This document shows positions 1-9,222 of a stretch of DNA of 64,000 bases, piece by piece. Source of the stretch: Rickettsiales bacterium (GTDB lineage Bacteria > Pseudomonadota > Alphaproteobacteria > Rickettsiales > JALZUV01); assembly GCA_029252805.1 (NCBI GenBank), contig JAQXAR010000025.1:90425-154424 (forward strand), given 5' to 3'. A program made the translations under genes and the position numbers. The notes beneath the pieces were generated by a model that was not told where the DNA came from, ran no database searches, and was given only the letters and a program-made list of their open reading frames with translations. The first letter of the stretch is position 1, and the number at the start of each line of letters is the position of its first letter.

Positions 1-3
1 ATA

Positions 4-2097
4 GTGCCTAATTCAAAGACTGATGCGAAAATAAATGTAACTGCTATTGCTTATAAACAGGGCGATGCCCCGTCAGGTGGGATGGGTGTTGTTGCGAAGG
101 CAACCGGTGCGAAGACGTTGTTTGGAGCAAACCCCACGGGTGTTGATGATGACCTTTGGAATCGCCACAGCTTGTACAATAGCCGTGGTGCTTATGTTTC
201 AAAAGAGGTTGCAGAAGGGCAAGAGTTTGAGATTATTAATTTTGATGTGCCAGAATCTGCTCGCAAAATGCATTATGATTTCTCAAATGAGATCATCTGG
301 CCGCTTATGCACTCAATGAAAATTGAGACAAGCTGTACGGTGGATGAAATAGAAGATCTATACACTGGCTATATGTATTATAATGATCTGCAAAATAAGG
401 CATTGGCCGATTACTCAACAGGAAATTTAACGGATAAGGCCGGGCAGCCTTTAACAACCAAGCGTGAACCTCTTGATCCTAAAAAAGATCAAATGTGGGT
501 GCATGATTACCAATCAATCAATGTGCCAGGCACTGCTTTTAGTTGGCATATTCCATTTCCGACACTTGAGCATTTTCAGCAAACCACGTTCGAAGGCGGA
601 AAGCGAGATGAGCAAGGGGAGTATGAGGTAGATGAAAATGGAATCAAGAAGGTTTTTGAGATTCCAATTTTAGAAACTGGATTCTTTAATGATTACATTG
701 GATCATTGGCAAATATTCCTTTGAAGAGTTTTCAGCGTCCACAAGATCAGATTAATTTGCTGATGCTAATGGCGTATATTGATCCGGAGTTTAGTAAAGA
801 GAATCCTGAATTATTGGGAGAGTTCGATATTAATGATCCAAAGCAATATGACGATATTCGTGAAAAACTTTCCGAGCATGTGAAAACAGGGTCACTTACA
901 AAAATAAAATTTAAGGGTAATAATGTTTCAATGGTATCGGTACCCGTGGGTATTGACGTTGATAAAATGCTTGAAGCGGCTGAAAGTCGGTTCTCACCAG
1001 AACAGCAATTCAAAACAGTCTTAGATAAAGACGCGGTCTTTAAAGCGGTGATTGGTAAAGATGATCAAGGCAAAAACGTACTTTATAATGGCGTAGGAGA
1101 GAATTTTACGCCGTTAGATCCCAAGGAATATAAAGATAAAGATCTCACTTTGAATGAGATTGTCGAAAGTGTTGAAGGCCGAAATTGGATGCTAGCTATT
1201 CATCGCAATGACTACACGAAAGGGTCAGAAGAAATGCTTCTGGCTGCCAAGAAGTATTTTGAAGAAGAGCCTGAACGTGCCCTAACAGATACGTTCTTCT
1301 GTGTTTTGCAGCCGACCCGCATCGGGGTGCCTGGATATGAAGACTATGCTAACGGTGTGTTAAACCTTATTACGAGCATCAAGATTGATTTAGTGAGTGC
1401 TGGTATTTCGCAAAAAGATGCCGACAAAGCGTTTGCGGTGGTTCCGCAAGGTGTTGAACGAGAAGATGTGATGCGTCTCATGAATCGTGATGAGGCAAAG
1501 GTCTATTTGGCGCCATCATTTAAAGATGGTTATGCGTTGATGCCGACAGAATTTGTGGCGGCTAATATCAATACAAAACAGGCTAAGGGTGTTATCTCAA
1601 CCAGTGGTGCGGGCAATAGTGAAGTGCTGTGGAATGGTCAAACAGATGAGAAGAGAAAAGGTGCGCATATTATCGACATGCCTAAAGCAGCGGATAAGGG
1701 GCAGTTGAATGAGCCGAAAATTGAGGAAAACATTTCTAACCAAATACTGGATTCTATAAAATTCATTCTAGACCCACAGAATGCAAAAAAAGTGAAAGAA
1801 GATTTCGATTTTATGGGATGTCAAGTTTTGGATTTTGATGCCGGGCACTTTAACGATACGATTCAAGGTCATTACCAAGAGGCCATCGAGCATGCCGGGG
1901 GTGACTTGCTCGATAAGTCACATGGTGAAGCTCAGCGTCGTGATAGGGGTGAACCTATTACGAAAGAAAATGCACCCCTTGGCACGCCATTTACTCCAGG
2001 GAAGCTGGTGCAAGCCTATGACCCTGCGCCCTATGCGGAAAAAATCGAGAAAGCTAAGATGGATCTGAAAGCCGGTACCGGGAAGCTTACCCGTTAA
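4..2097 (+). CDS. hypothetical protein, 697+ aa; reading frame is open to the 5' window edge, so probably N-terminally truncated here
   Basis: Long uninterrupted ORF. The listed start is GTG at 4, but there is no stop back to base 1. No motif, signal peptide or TM segment that I recognise. Charged, Lys/Asp/Glu-rich sequence. Confidence 0.6.
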   Translation: MPNSKTDAKINVTAIAYKQGDAPSGGMGVVAKATGAKTLFGANPTGVDDDLWNRHSLYNSRGAYVSKEVAEGQEFEIINFDVPESARKMHYDFSNEIIWPLMHSMKIETSCTVDEIEDLYTGYMYYNDLQNKALADYSTGNLTDKAGQPLTTKREPLDPKKDQMWVHDYQSINVPGTAFSWHIPFPTLEHFQQTTFEGGKRDEQGEYEVDENGIKKVFEIPILETGFFNDYIGSLANIPLKSFQRPQDQINLLMLMAYIDPEFSKENPELLGEFDINDPKQYDDIREKLSEHVKTGSLTKIKFKGNNVSMVSVPVGIDVDKMLEAAESRFSPEQQFKTVLDKDAVFKAVIGKDDQGKNVLYNGVGENFTPLDPKEYKDKDLTLNEIVESVEGRNWMLAIHRNDYTKGSEEMLLAAKKYFEEEPERALTDTFFCVLQPTRIGVPGYEDYANGVLNLITSIKIDLVSAGISQKDADKAFAVVPQGVEREDVMRLMNRDEAKVYLAPSFKDGYALMPTEFVAANINTKQAKGVISTSGAGNSEVLWNGQTDEKRKGAHIIDMPKAADKGQLNEPKIEENISNQILDSIKFILDPQNAKKVKEDFDFMGCQVLDFDAGHFNDTIQGHYQEAIEHAGGDLLDKSHGEAQRRDRGEPITKENAPLGTPFTPGKLVQAYDPAPYAEKIEKAKMDLKAGTGKLTR

Positions 2098-2181
2098 AAG
2101 CATTTGCATTTTTGAACGCATAACGTATTAGCTCATTCTCTGTAATCTTGGGCGTCTGATGCCTGTGAGGGTAATTATATT

Positions 2182-4041
2182 ATGTCGTCATTTATTGATA
2201 CGTTTGTCCAGCTTCATGTGCCGGAATTTTTGCAAGGTATTATGGTGCGTTCTGAACATGAAGAACTCATTGAAGTGGAAGCATTGCAGTTGGAGCTTAA
2301 GCCCGCGCGTGACTATATTCACGATACGTGGAAAACGCTGATTCGTACGCATATGGATTTGTATCTTGAAGCACTGTTTGACCCCAAAGTGCCACGTGAT
2401 ATGCAAGCAACACGTTTGCTCTACATTGCGCATACTGAAGATGAAGAGCAGGTGCGAGAGAATCTTAAAAATGCAAAATCTGTGCTGCTTGGCCGTATTC
2501 AATTGGGCACCTTGCCTGACGTAACGAATGAAGATTTGCCTGAGGTTGAGATTCGTCGTTTGTCGCCCTTGAGCCAACCGCTTGAACTTCAGGATCACCA
2601 ACATAGTTTGATGTACTTGCCCTATCCCTATGTGGTGCCCGGCCCCCGCTTTAACGAGATGTATAACTGGGATACAGCGTTTGTCGTACGTGGATTGTTA
2701 AAGGATAAGAAGTTTGATTTGGCGAAAGCCTTTGTCGAAAATATGTTTTACCAAATTGAGCATTACGGTACTATTCTTAATGGTAATCGCACCTATTATT
2801 ATGATTCTAAGAAAAGCCGTAGCCAACCGCCTTTACTCATGGGTAAAGTCTGCGAAATTTACAAAAACTATCACCAACTATGTCCGCCGCAGGAAGAGTC
2901 TAAGCATCAATGGTTAAAGCGAGCGCTGGTCGCAAGTGAAACTTACTATCAGCATTGGGTAACCGCTCCTCACATCCATGAACAGAGTAGTCTTTCGATG
3001 TATAATTCGGAGCTGGGCGATCCTGCATTTGAGGTCATCCATAGCGAGAAATCACATTACGATAAAGCACTCAGCCAATTACGTGCCGTGTATGAAAAGC
3101 TAAAAGGCACTGAGCAATCGGCCACTGCAGATTATCAAGATCGTAAAGACCGTTATTATCTGCATCAATATTATGTGCCGGCGCAAAATGGGCAACCAGA
3201 TTCCTTATCGGAAGCGTTTTATCGTGGCGATCGTGCGATGCGTGAGACTGGATTCGATCCTTCACGAAGGTTCGGATTCTTCAACGTAGATGTCATTAAT
3301 TATCTGCCCGTTTGTTTGAACTCGCTACGTTATAAGATGGAACATGAGATGGCCGAAATGTATCGCGAATTAGTGATGCATGAGCCTGATGGAAAGAATG
3401 CAAAAGGGCAGTTTTGGTCTGAACTCTCTTCTAAATGGGAACAAAAAGCGGTGAACACTGCCAAATTAACCAATGAGTGGTTATGGGATGAGGGGCAGCA
3501 AGACGATGCGGGGAACTGGATACGCAAACCCTGTTATCACGATTACAATGTGAATGATGCGCTTTGCAAAAAATACGATGTGCCGCAATTCCGTGAGTAT
3601 GATTTTGTGACTTCTTTCTATCCGATGTGGGTGGGGATTGCTTCTGAAGAGCAAGCCGCATTGCTGGTGGAGCATCTCTTGCCAAGATTGCAAACGGAGT
3701 GGGGCATTATGACCTCGTCTCGCCAAACAGGTGGGCAGTGGGATAAGCCCTTTATGTGGGCGCCTTTGGTGGTGATCGCGGTCGAAGCATTGGAGCGTTA
3801 TGGTTACTATCAGCAAGCGTTAGAGATTGCTTGCGGTTTTCTTAAAATGATTGCCCAAGACTTTAAGCGTACAGGTAAATTATACGAAAAATATGATGCG
3901 CTACGCGGCACCTCTGATGTGTCTAAAATGGTCGAGATGGGGTATAGTGAGAATGTTGAAGGCTTCGCTTGGACGAACTCCGCCGTACTCGAATTGACGG
4001 AAACGGTCCATCGAATCAATGCACAAATCACTCAGACATAA
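2182..4041 (+). CDS. alpha,alpha-trehalase, glycoside hydrolase family 37 (no signal peptide seen, so cytoplasmic TreF-like; 619 aa)
   Basis: Both GH37 trehalase signatures are readable: 'PGPRFNEMYNWDTAF' (cf. PGGRFxExYxWDxY) and 'GGQWDKPFMWAPL' (cf. QWDxPxGWAPL). Confidence 0.9.
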   Translation: MSSFIDTFVQLHVPEFLQGIMVRSEHEELIEVEALQLELKPARDYIHDTWKTLIRTHMDLYLEALFDPKVPRDMQATRLLYIAHTEDEEQVRENLKNAKSVLLGRIQLGTLPDVTNEDLPEVEIRRLSPLSQPLELQDHQHSLMYLPYPYVVPGPRFNEMYNWDTAFVVRGLLKDKKFDLAKAFVENMFYQIEHYGTILNGNRTYYYDSKKSRSQPPLLMGKVCEIYKNYHQLCPPQEESKHQWLKRALVASETYYQHWVTAPHIHEQSSLSMYNSELGDPAFEVIHSEKSHYDKALSQLRAVYEKLKGTEQSATADYQDRKDRYYLHQYYVPAQNGQPDSLSEAFYRGDRAMRETGFDPSRRFGFFNVDVINYLPVCLNSLRYKMEHEMAEMYRELVMHEPDGKNAKGQFWSELSSKWEQKAVNTAKLTNEWLWDEGQQDDAGNWIRKPCYHDYNVNDALCKKYDVPQFREYDFVTSFYPMWVGIASEEQAALLVEHLLPRLQTEWGIMTSSRQTGGQWDKPFMWAPLVVIAVEALERYGYYQQALEIACGFLKMIAQDFKRTGKLYEKYDALRGTSDVSKMVEMGYSENVEGFAWTNSAVLELTETVHRINAQITQT

Positions 4042-4052
4042 GCGGTTTAAAT

Positions 4053-5522
4053 ATGTCTAAAAAAAAGACAAATGGGGGTTGGGATTTTGATCATAGTTAC
4101 TCCCGACTTTCGGAAGCCTTATATACAAAGGTAAATCCAACTCCTGTGCGCGAGCCGCGTTTGGTGATTTTGAATCATGCGTTATCGGTGGAATTAGGTT
4201 TGGATTTTAAGGCAGTTTCGAATGAAGAAGCGGCAGCACTATTTTCGGGCAATGAATTACCAAATGGCGCAGAGCCTTTATCGCAAGCGTATGCGGGACA
4301 TCAGTTCGGGCACTTTACATTCTTAGGCGATGGTCGTGCGCATTTGCTGGGAGAGCATATTACGCCGGCCAATGAGCGTTTCGATATTGCATTAAAAGGG
4401 TCTGGCCGTACCCCTTACGGGCGGCGCGGTGATGGCCGCGCGGCACTTGGGCCGATGCTGCGAGAATACATTATGGGCGAGGCACTGCACGCGCTTGGCA
4501 TTGCGACCACGCGCAGTTTAGCGGTCGTGACGACAGGCGAGCCCGTCTACCGCGAGACGATGTTACAAGGGGCGGTTCTCACACGTGTGGCGGCGAGTCA
4601 TGTGCGTGTTGGTACGTTTGAATATCTCGCAGCTGAGGGCGACAAAGAGGGCTTGAAGCAGCTCGCAGATTATGTGATTGAACGTCATTACCCGCAGGCG
4701 AGGCAAGCGGCTAATCCATATCTGGAATTGTTGAAATCAGTCATGAAGGTGCAGGCAAAACTGATCAGCGAATGGATGCGTGTGGGCTTTGTTCACGGCG
4801 TCATGAATACCGATAATATGACGATTTGTGGCGAAACGATCGATTATGGACCCTGCGCGATGCTTGATAGTTATGATGTGAATAAGGTGTTTAGTTCGAT
4901 TGATCAAATGAGTCGCTATGCCTTTGGCAATCAACCGCATATTGCGCAATGGAACCTAGCACGTTTTGCCGAAACACTTTTACCGTTACTGCATGAAGAG
5001 ATGGAGCAATCTATTGCGATTGCCGAAGAGACGATTCGATCCTTCAATGAGCTATTCAAGCAAGAATGGCTGCCGATGATGCGCCGAAAGTTAGGGCTGT
5101 TTGGGGATGATGCGGCGGATGCTGAGTTGATTCAGGAGTTCTTAGAATGGATGCAAAGCAACCAAGCGGATTATACCAATAGCTTCCGCGATTTGATCTC
5201 TGAAACTCTCCCCGAAGGGAAGCTTTACGGGGAGGCTAGTTTTAAGCAATGGCACGCTAAATGGCAAAAGCGGTTAGCACTAAATGATAAGCCAATCAGC
5301 GATGCTCACGAGTTAATGCGCGCCAATAATCCCGTCTTGATCCCGCGTAACCATCGGGTTGAATCAGCGCTTAATGCCGCAGAGGAAGTATCTGATTTTT
5401 CACCCTTGCACGAGCTGCTCGCGGCCTTATCGCAGCCCTATGCAGAGCAAGCTAAATACGCCGAATTCAAGAATCCACCCGCGAATTCAGAGCGCGTGTA
5501 TCAAACGTTCTGCGGCACCTAA
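4053..5522 (+). CDS. selO: protein adenylyltransferase SelO (YdiU/UPF0061 family)
   Basis: 'SQAYAGHQFGHFTFLGDGRA' and 'HGVMNTDNMTICGETIDYGPCAM' are typical SelO/YdiU blocks. I chose the ATG at 4053 (MSKKKTNGGWDFD...), 12 nt after the trehalase stop, rather than the overlapping upstream ATG at 3969. Confidence 0.9.
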   Translation: MSKKKTNGGWDFDHSYSRLSEALYTKVNPTPVREPRLVILNHALSVELGLDFKAVSNEEAAALFSGNELPNGAEPLSQAYAGHQFGHFTFLGDGRAHLLGEHITPANERFDIALKGSGRTPYGRRGDGRAALGPMLREYIMGEALHALGIATTRSLAVVTTGEPVYRETMLQGAVLTRVAASHVRVGTFEYLAAEGDKEGLKQLADYVIERHYPQARQAANPYLELLKSVMKVQAKLISEWMRVGFVHGVMNTDNMTICGETIDYGPCAMLDSYDVNKVFSSIDQMSRYAFGNQPHIAQWNLARFAETLLPLLHEEMEQSIAIAEETIRSFNELFKQEWLPMMRRKLGLFGDDAADAELIQEFLEWMQSNQADYTNSFRDLISETLPEGKLYGEASFKQWHAKWQKRLALNDKPISDAHELMRANNPVLIPRNHRVESALNAAEEVSDFSPLHELLAALSQPYAEQAKYAEFKNPPANSERVYQTFCGT

Positions 5523-5527
5523 AGTCA

Positions 5528-8500
5528 CTAGAATGGCATTCTGATGCGCAGTGCACCGGCGAGCGTATTTTGATCATCACGCGTGGTGTAATCAAGGTTG
5601 GCTCCTACGCGGACATCCGAGTGTGAATGGAAGTCAATACCGCCACCCAAGTGAACCGCATCACGCGAAACCGAGGGGCTAGTCGTCGTGAAAGAGCTCC
5701 CACCACCGACAAAGGTTGAGGTCACCGTCTGCTCATCATCACCGCCTTCATGCAAGTAACTCCCGCGAATGTAAGGCACGAGGTTGCCTTGTTCTAGCGT
5801 GTAAGGGTAGGCGAGTTTTAGGCCGGCGCTGGTCACAATACTATCCGTATCCATCTCTTGCGTATGACGGTTAAGGCCGTTACCGGTAGTCGTATAAGCC
5901 TCTTGCGAGAGGTGTGTGTATTGGACAAAAGCATTCGGCGTAATGACAAAACCCGCTGGAGTATGGATGTCATATCCCGCACCGAGGCGTGCATTATACT
6001 GCATACCGTCATAATCCGCATTGGTTTGTGTGCTGAGGAAGCCAACAGTCTCGCTCGTTTCATATTCGTTAAAGCCGAGACCGACAATACCATCAAGATA
6101 GAAGTTCTCGTTAACCATGTAGGTTCCGTAGAGGCTTGCTTGATAGTTATCAATGTCCGCGCCATCTGAGCCATTTGAACGTAAGGTTACTTCCGTCTGG
6201 CCATATCCGAGTGAAGCACCGATGCGGGTATTCGCGCTTATCCCAATATCGGCACCCATCAAGAGGCCATAGCTATTTGCATCAAAACCAGAGACGCCCT
6301 TATGCGCGCCGCGATTCACATTACTGAGGAAGGGTTGTGCCCAAACCTGCAGGTCATCGCCAAATTTTTTGTCCTGGAAGGCGTGGAGGAAATTCCCGCC
6401 TGCTAGTTGAGTCTCGCGCATGGCACGTGCATGGCCAAGGCGCGAGGTCACAATATTATTGCCCGAAGTCGTCGTGCTAAATACCGCTGAAGTCGCTCCT
6501 GCCATTGCTGCCGCATTGGGCTTGATATTGTTAATCGCTTGTACAGTCGCTGCGCCGTCTAATTCGCCAAATTGCGAGTTGATGCGGTCAAATTCAGTTG
6601 GATCTGTGACTTGCAACTCATTCATCAAACCGGAAAATCCAGCCAAAGATTGCGTGACGTTAGTGCCTGCCGCACCTCCGCCCGCAAGTGCTTGAAGCTG
6701 GATAGGACTCGCAATTTGAGCATTGAGCAGGAGGTTGCTTTGTGCCTGTGATTGGCTCGCGACCATAGTGGTTAGAATAAGGTCATCATTCACGGTAGAG
6801 GGAATGAGCGACACAAAAGCGTTGTTTGAGGTAATGTTTAAGTCATTCGGGTTGGTCACAAGGGTGCCGGCATCGACCACGATATAAGCCTCACCATTTC
6901 CGATATTTAAGCCAGATTCGAATATCGCATCAACCGATGTACCCGTCTCCAATGTTGCGGTGCCATCTACATTTAACACGCCGTTCGAATTGCCATTCAC
7001 ATGCAGCCGCAAGCGGCCTGTCGCGCTTTGGCTATAGTCACCGCTAAGGGTGGGAGCGTTATTAGCAGTCACTTCTAAAACACCATTATTGGCAACCGCA
7101 TTGGAGCCAATTGTGCTGTGATTTGCCAGAACCGTTGCCCCATTTGCGATGCTCATATTCACATTGCCGTTAATGGCGTGGTTGAGCGTGAGTAAGCCTA
7201 CATTAACATTGATATCACCGATGTTATTGAAGATTCCACGGGTGTTGAAGCTAGTGGCTGAGAAGTTGATCGTATCGTTATTCCCTTGTCCGATAATATC
7301 ACCAACGATCTTGCCGTCCGTTACATTCAGCACGTCAGCGCCAGAACCGAAACGAATATCTCCGCGAATTTCACCGGCATTATTGAGGGTCATCGTATTG
7401 CTGTTGGCGCTGTTATCAATTGCGCTCTTGCCGGAAACAAGCGTGATAATTTTCCCTCCCGCTTCATTGGTAATCGAGCTTACACCCGAAGCGATATGGA
7501 TTGCGTCGCCTGCAAGTGAGCGGATCGTGCCGGAGTTTGTGATTGTCTGACCGCCTTCGATAGCGATACCGTTAGCGCTTGAAACTTCAATTAAGCCGTT
7601 ATTGATGATGGTTGTTCCGCTCACGTTAGAGGCCACATGAATCGCGTGTGAACCGCCAGAAGCGATCTTTCCACCGACTTCATTCGTGATCGTACTGACA
7701 CCTGTTGAAACACGAATTGCCGTCCCTGTAAGTGAGCGGATGAGGCCTGAATTTGTAACCGTTTCAACAGAATTAATCGCGGAGCCTAAGGTTGCTTCAT
7801 GGCGGATTTGACCTTGGTTGATTACCGTAGTGCCGCTCACGTTCGAAGTTACTTGAATGGTTGTAGCGTCTGTGCCTTTAGCAATAATTTTGCCACCTGC
7901 TGCGTTCGTGATGCTACTTACGTTCGTTGAAACGCGGATCGCATCGCCTGCAAGCGAGCGGATCGTGCCAGAATTGGTAATAGTCTTTGCGCCTTCAATG
8001 GCAATGCTATTAGCGCTTCTTGCTTCAACTAAGCCGGCGTTTGTAAGGGTGGCGTTGCTCATGCCGTCAGCAATATGAATCGTATGTGCGCCGCCAGAGG
8101 CGATCTTGCCGCCTACCTTATTGTCGAGCGTGCTAACGCCCGTGGCCACGTTAATCGCAGTGCCGGAAAGGGAGCGAATAAGGCCGAAATTTTCAATATT
8201 TCGGGCATTATTAAGGGCGGTCGATTGATTGCCTCTTGCTTCAATAGTCCCGTTATTAAGAATGGTGGAATTTACGTTAGAAGAAATATCGATGGTGTTT
8301 CGGTTATCACCGTTTGAAATGATTTTGCCGCTTGTTTCGTTTGTAATGAGGTTAGTGTTACTGGCTTGAGTGAGTTCAATCGTGTCGCCGGAGAGTGATT
8401 TAATCTCACCGAAGTTAGTAATATTCGTTGCCCCAACAATGGCGGAGCCGCCAATGCCGTGTGATTCAATTTTCCCGCCGACTTCATTGGTGATCGTACC

Positions 8501-9082
8501 GGTTGCCCAAGCGACGCGAATAGCATCGCCTGCAAGTGAACGGATCGTGCCGGAATTGCTAATGGTTCTGGCGCCTGCAATGGCGACTCCGCCATTGCCT
8601 TTTGCTTCAATAATGCCACGATTTGTGACGGTTGTATTGCTCGTGCCTGCCGCAACATGAATCACATGTGAGCCACCAGAGGTGATTGTGCTACCTGCTT
8701 CATTTGTAATGTTGCTAACCCCTGAAGCGACATGAATTGCCGTGCCGGAGAGTGAGCGGATAAGTCCTGTGTTCTGAATCGTTTTAACCGAATTTACCGC
8801 AATGCCATTAGAGCCATCGGCACGAACTTGGCTGCTATTAATGAGTATGCTGTTGCTTACTCCGGTGGCAACAATTGTGCTGTCGCCGCTACCGTTACCT
8901 ACGATCTTTGCGTTGTTGGTGAGTGTCCCGTTATTCTGGTCATAAAGGTAAACCGCACCCACCGCCGTGGCGACATCGGTACTGTTTATGCTGCTAGCGC
9001 CAACAAGCATTTGTGCTGAGGTGCTTGCGGAAAAAGTAGAGATAGCGGTGGCTACAAACAGTGAGTAAGCGATTTTTTTCAT
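5528..9082 (-). CDS. autotransporter (type Va) outer-membrane protein with repeat-rich passenger domain, 1184 aa
   Basis: N-terminal signal peptide (MKKIAYSLFVATAISTFSASTSAQ). About 530 aa of Gly/Ser/Asn/Ile-rich beta-helix-like repeats. C-terminal region of about 280 aa with alternating beta-strand pattern, ending in the aromatic terminus '...LRIRMPF'. Confidence 0.88.
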   Translation of the reverse strand: MKKIAYSLFVATAISTFSASTSAQMLVGASSINSTDVATAVGAVYLYDQNNGTLTNNAKIVGNGSGDSTIVATGVSNSILINSSQVRADGSNGIAVNSVKTIQNTGLIRSLSGTAIHVASGVSNITNEAGSTITSGGSHVIHVAAGTSNTTVTNRGIIEAKGNGGVAIAGARTISNSGTIRSLAGDAIRVAWATGTITNEVGGKIESHGIGGSAIVGATNITNFGEIKSLSGDTIELTQASNTNLITNETSGKIISNGDNRNTIDISSNVNSTILNNGTIEARGNQSTALNNARNIENFGLIRSLSGTAINVATGVSTLDNKVGGKIASGGAHTIHIADGMSNATLTNAGLVEARSANSIAIEGAKTITNSGTIRSLAGDAIRVSTNVSSITNAAGGKIIAKGTDATTIQVTSNVSGTTVINQGQIRHEATLGSAINSVETVTNSGLIRSLTGTAIRVSTGVSTITNEVGGKIASGGSHAIHVASNVSGTTIINNGLIEVSSANGIAIEGGQTITNSGTIRSLAGDAIHIASGVSSITNEAGGKIITLVSGKSAIDNSANSNTMTLNNAGEIRGDIRFGSGADVLNVTDGKIVGDIIGQGNNDTINFSATSFNTRGIFNNIGDINVNVGLLTLNHAINGNVNMSIANGATVLANHSTIGSNAVANNGVLEVTANNAPTLSGDYSQSATGRLRLHVNGNSNGVLNVDGTATLETGTSVDAIFESGLNIGNGEAYIVVDAGTLVTNPNDLNITSNNAFVSLIPSTVNDDLILTTMVASQSQAQSNLLLNAQIASPIQLQALAGGGAAGTNVTQSLAGFSGLMNELQVTDPTEFDRINSQFGELDGAATVQAINNIKPNAAAMAGATSAVFSTTTSGNNIVTSRLGHARAMRETQLAGGNFLHAFQDKKFGDDLQVWAQPFLSNVNRGAHKGVSGFDANSYGLLMGADIGISANTRIGASLGYGQTEVTLRSNGSDGADIDNYQASLYGTYMVNENFYLDGIVGLGFNEYETSETVGFLSTQTNADYDGMQYNARLGAGYDIHTPAGFVITPNAFVQYTHLSQEAYTTTGNGLNRHTQEMDTDSIVTSAGLKLAYPYTLEQGNLVPYIRGSYLHEGGDDEQTVTSTFVGGGSSFTTTSPSVSRDAVHLGGGIDFHSHSDVRVGANLDYTTRDDQNTLAGALRIRMPF
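7315..8905 (-). repeat. intragenic tandem repeats in the autotransporter passenger: about ten units of about 48 aa
   Basis: Unit consensus is roughly I.N.G.IRSL(S/A)G.AI.V..GVS.ITNE.GGKI.S.G. Near-identical DNA blocks 'gc(a/g)tcgcctgcaag(t/c)ga(g/a)cggatcgtgcc' start at 7503, 7941 and 8523, giving spacings of 438 and 582 nt. A second alternating unit type sits at about 7720, 8158 and 8740. Confidence 0.85.
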
Positions 9083-9222
9083 AAGTAATGCTGTGTTTCT
9101 TAAGAGTTAACTTAGTGTCTGAGTAACATTCTTATAGAAAAAAAATGAAGTAAAAATTAAGGTTTTATTAACGATTGAAGTAGGTTTTTTGAGATTTTAT
9201 GATCGACGAAAGGGGTGCGATT

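Noticed and set aside
3969-4052. An upstream ATG would extend the selO ORF by 28 codons and overlap the trehalase gene.
   Set aside because: The extension lies wholly inside the trehalase coding region. The ATG at 4053 gives a typical SelO N-terminus just after the trehalase stop.
7149-8660. Several 70-130-aa + strand ORFs opposite the autotransporter passenger repeats.
   Set aside because: Same antisense-of-repeat artefact. The minus-strand ORF is continuous for 1184 aa with a signal peptide and a beta-barrel.
9073-9145. An A7 run in codons 2-3 of the autotransporter (T7 on + at 9073-9079) and an A8/T8 run at 9138-9145 in its upstream region, as possible phase-variation tracts. A similar A8 lies in selO codons 3-5 (4059-4066).
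   Set aside because: A/T runs of 7-8 nt are common in AT-rich leaders and Lys-Lys-Lys N-termini. There is no evidence of variability, and this is much weaker than the C9 tract in the GT4 gene.
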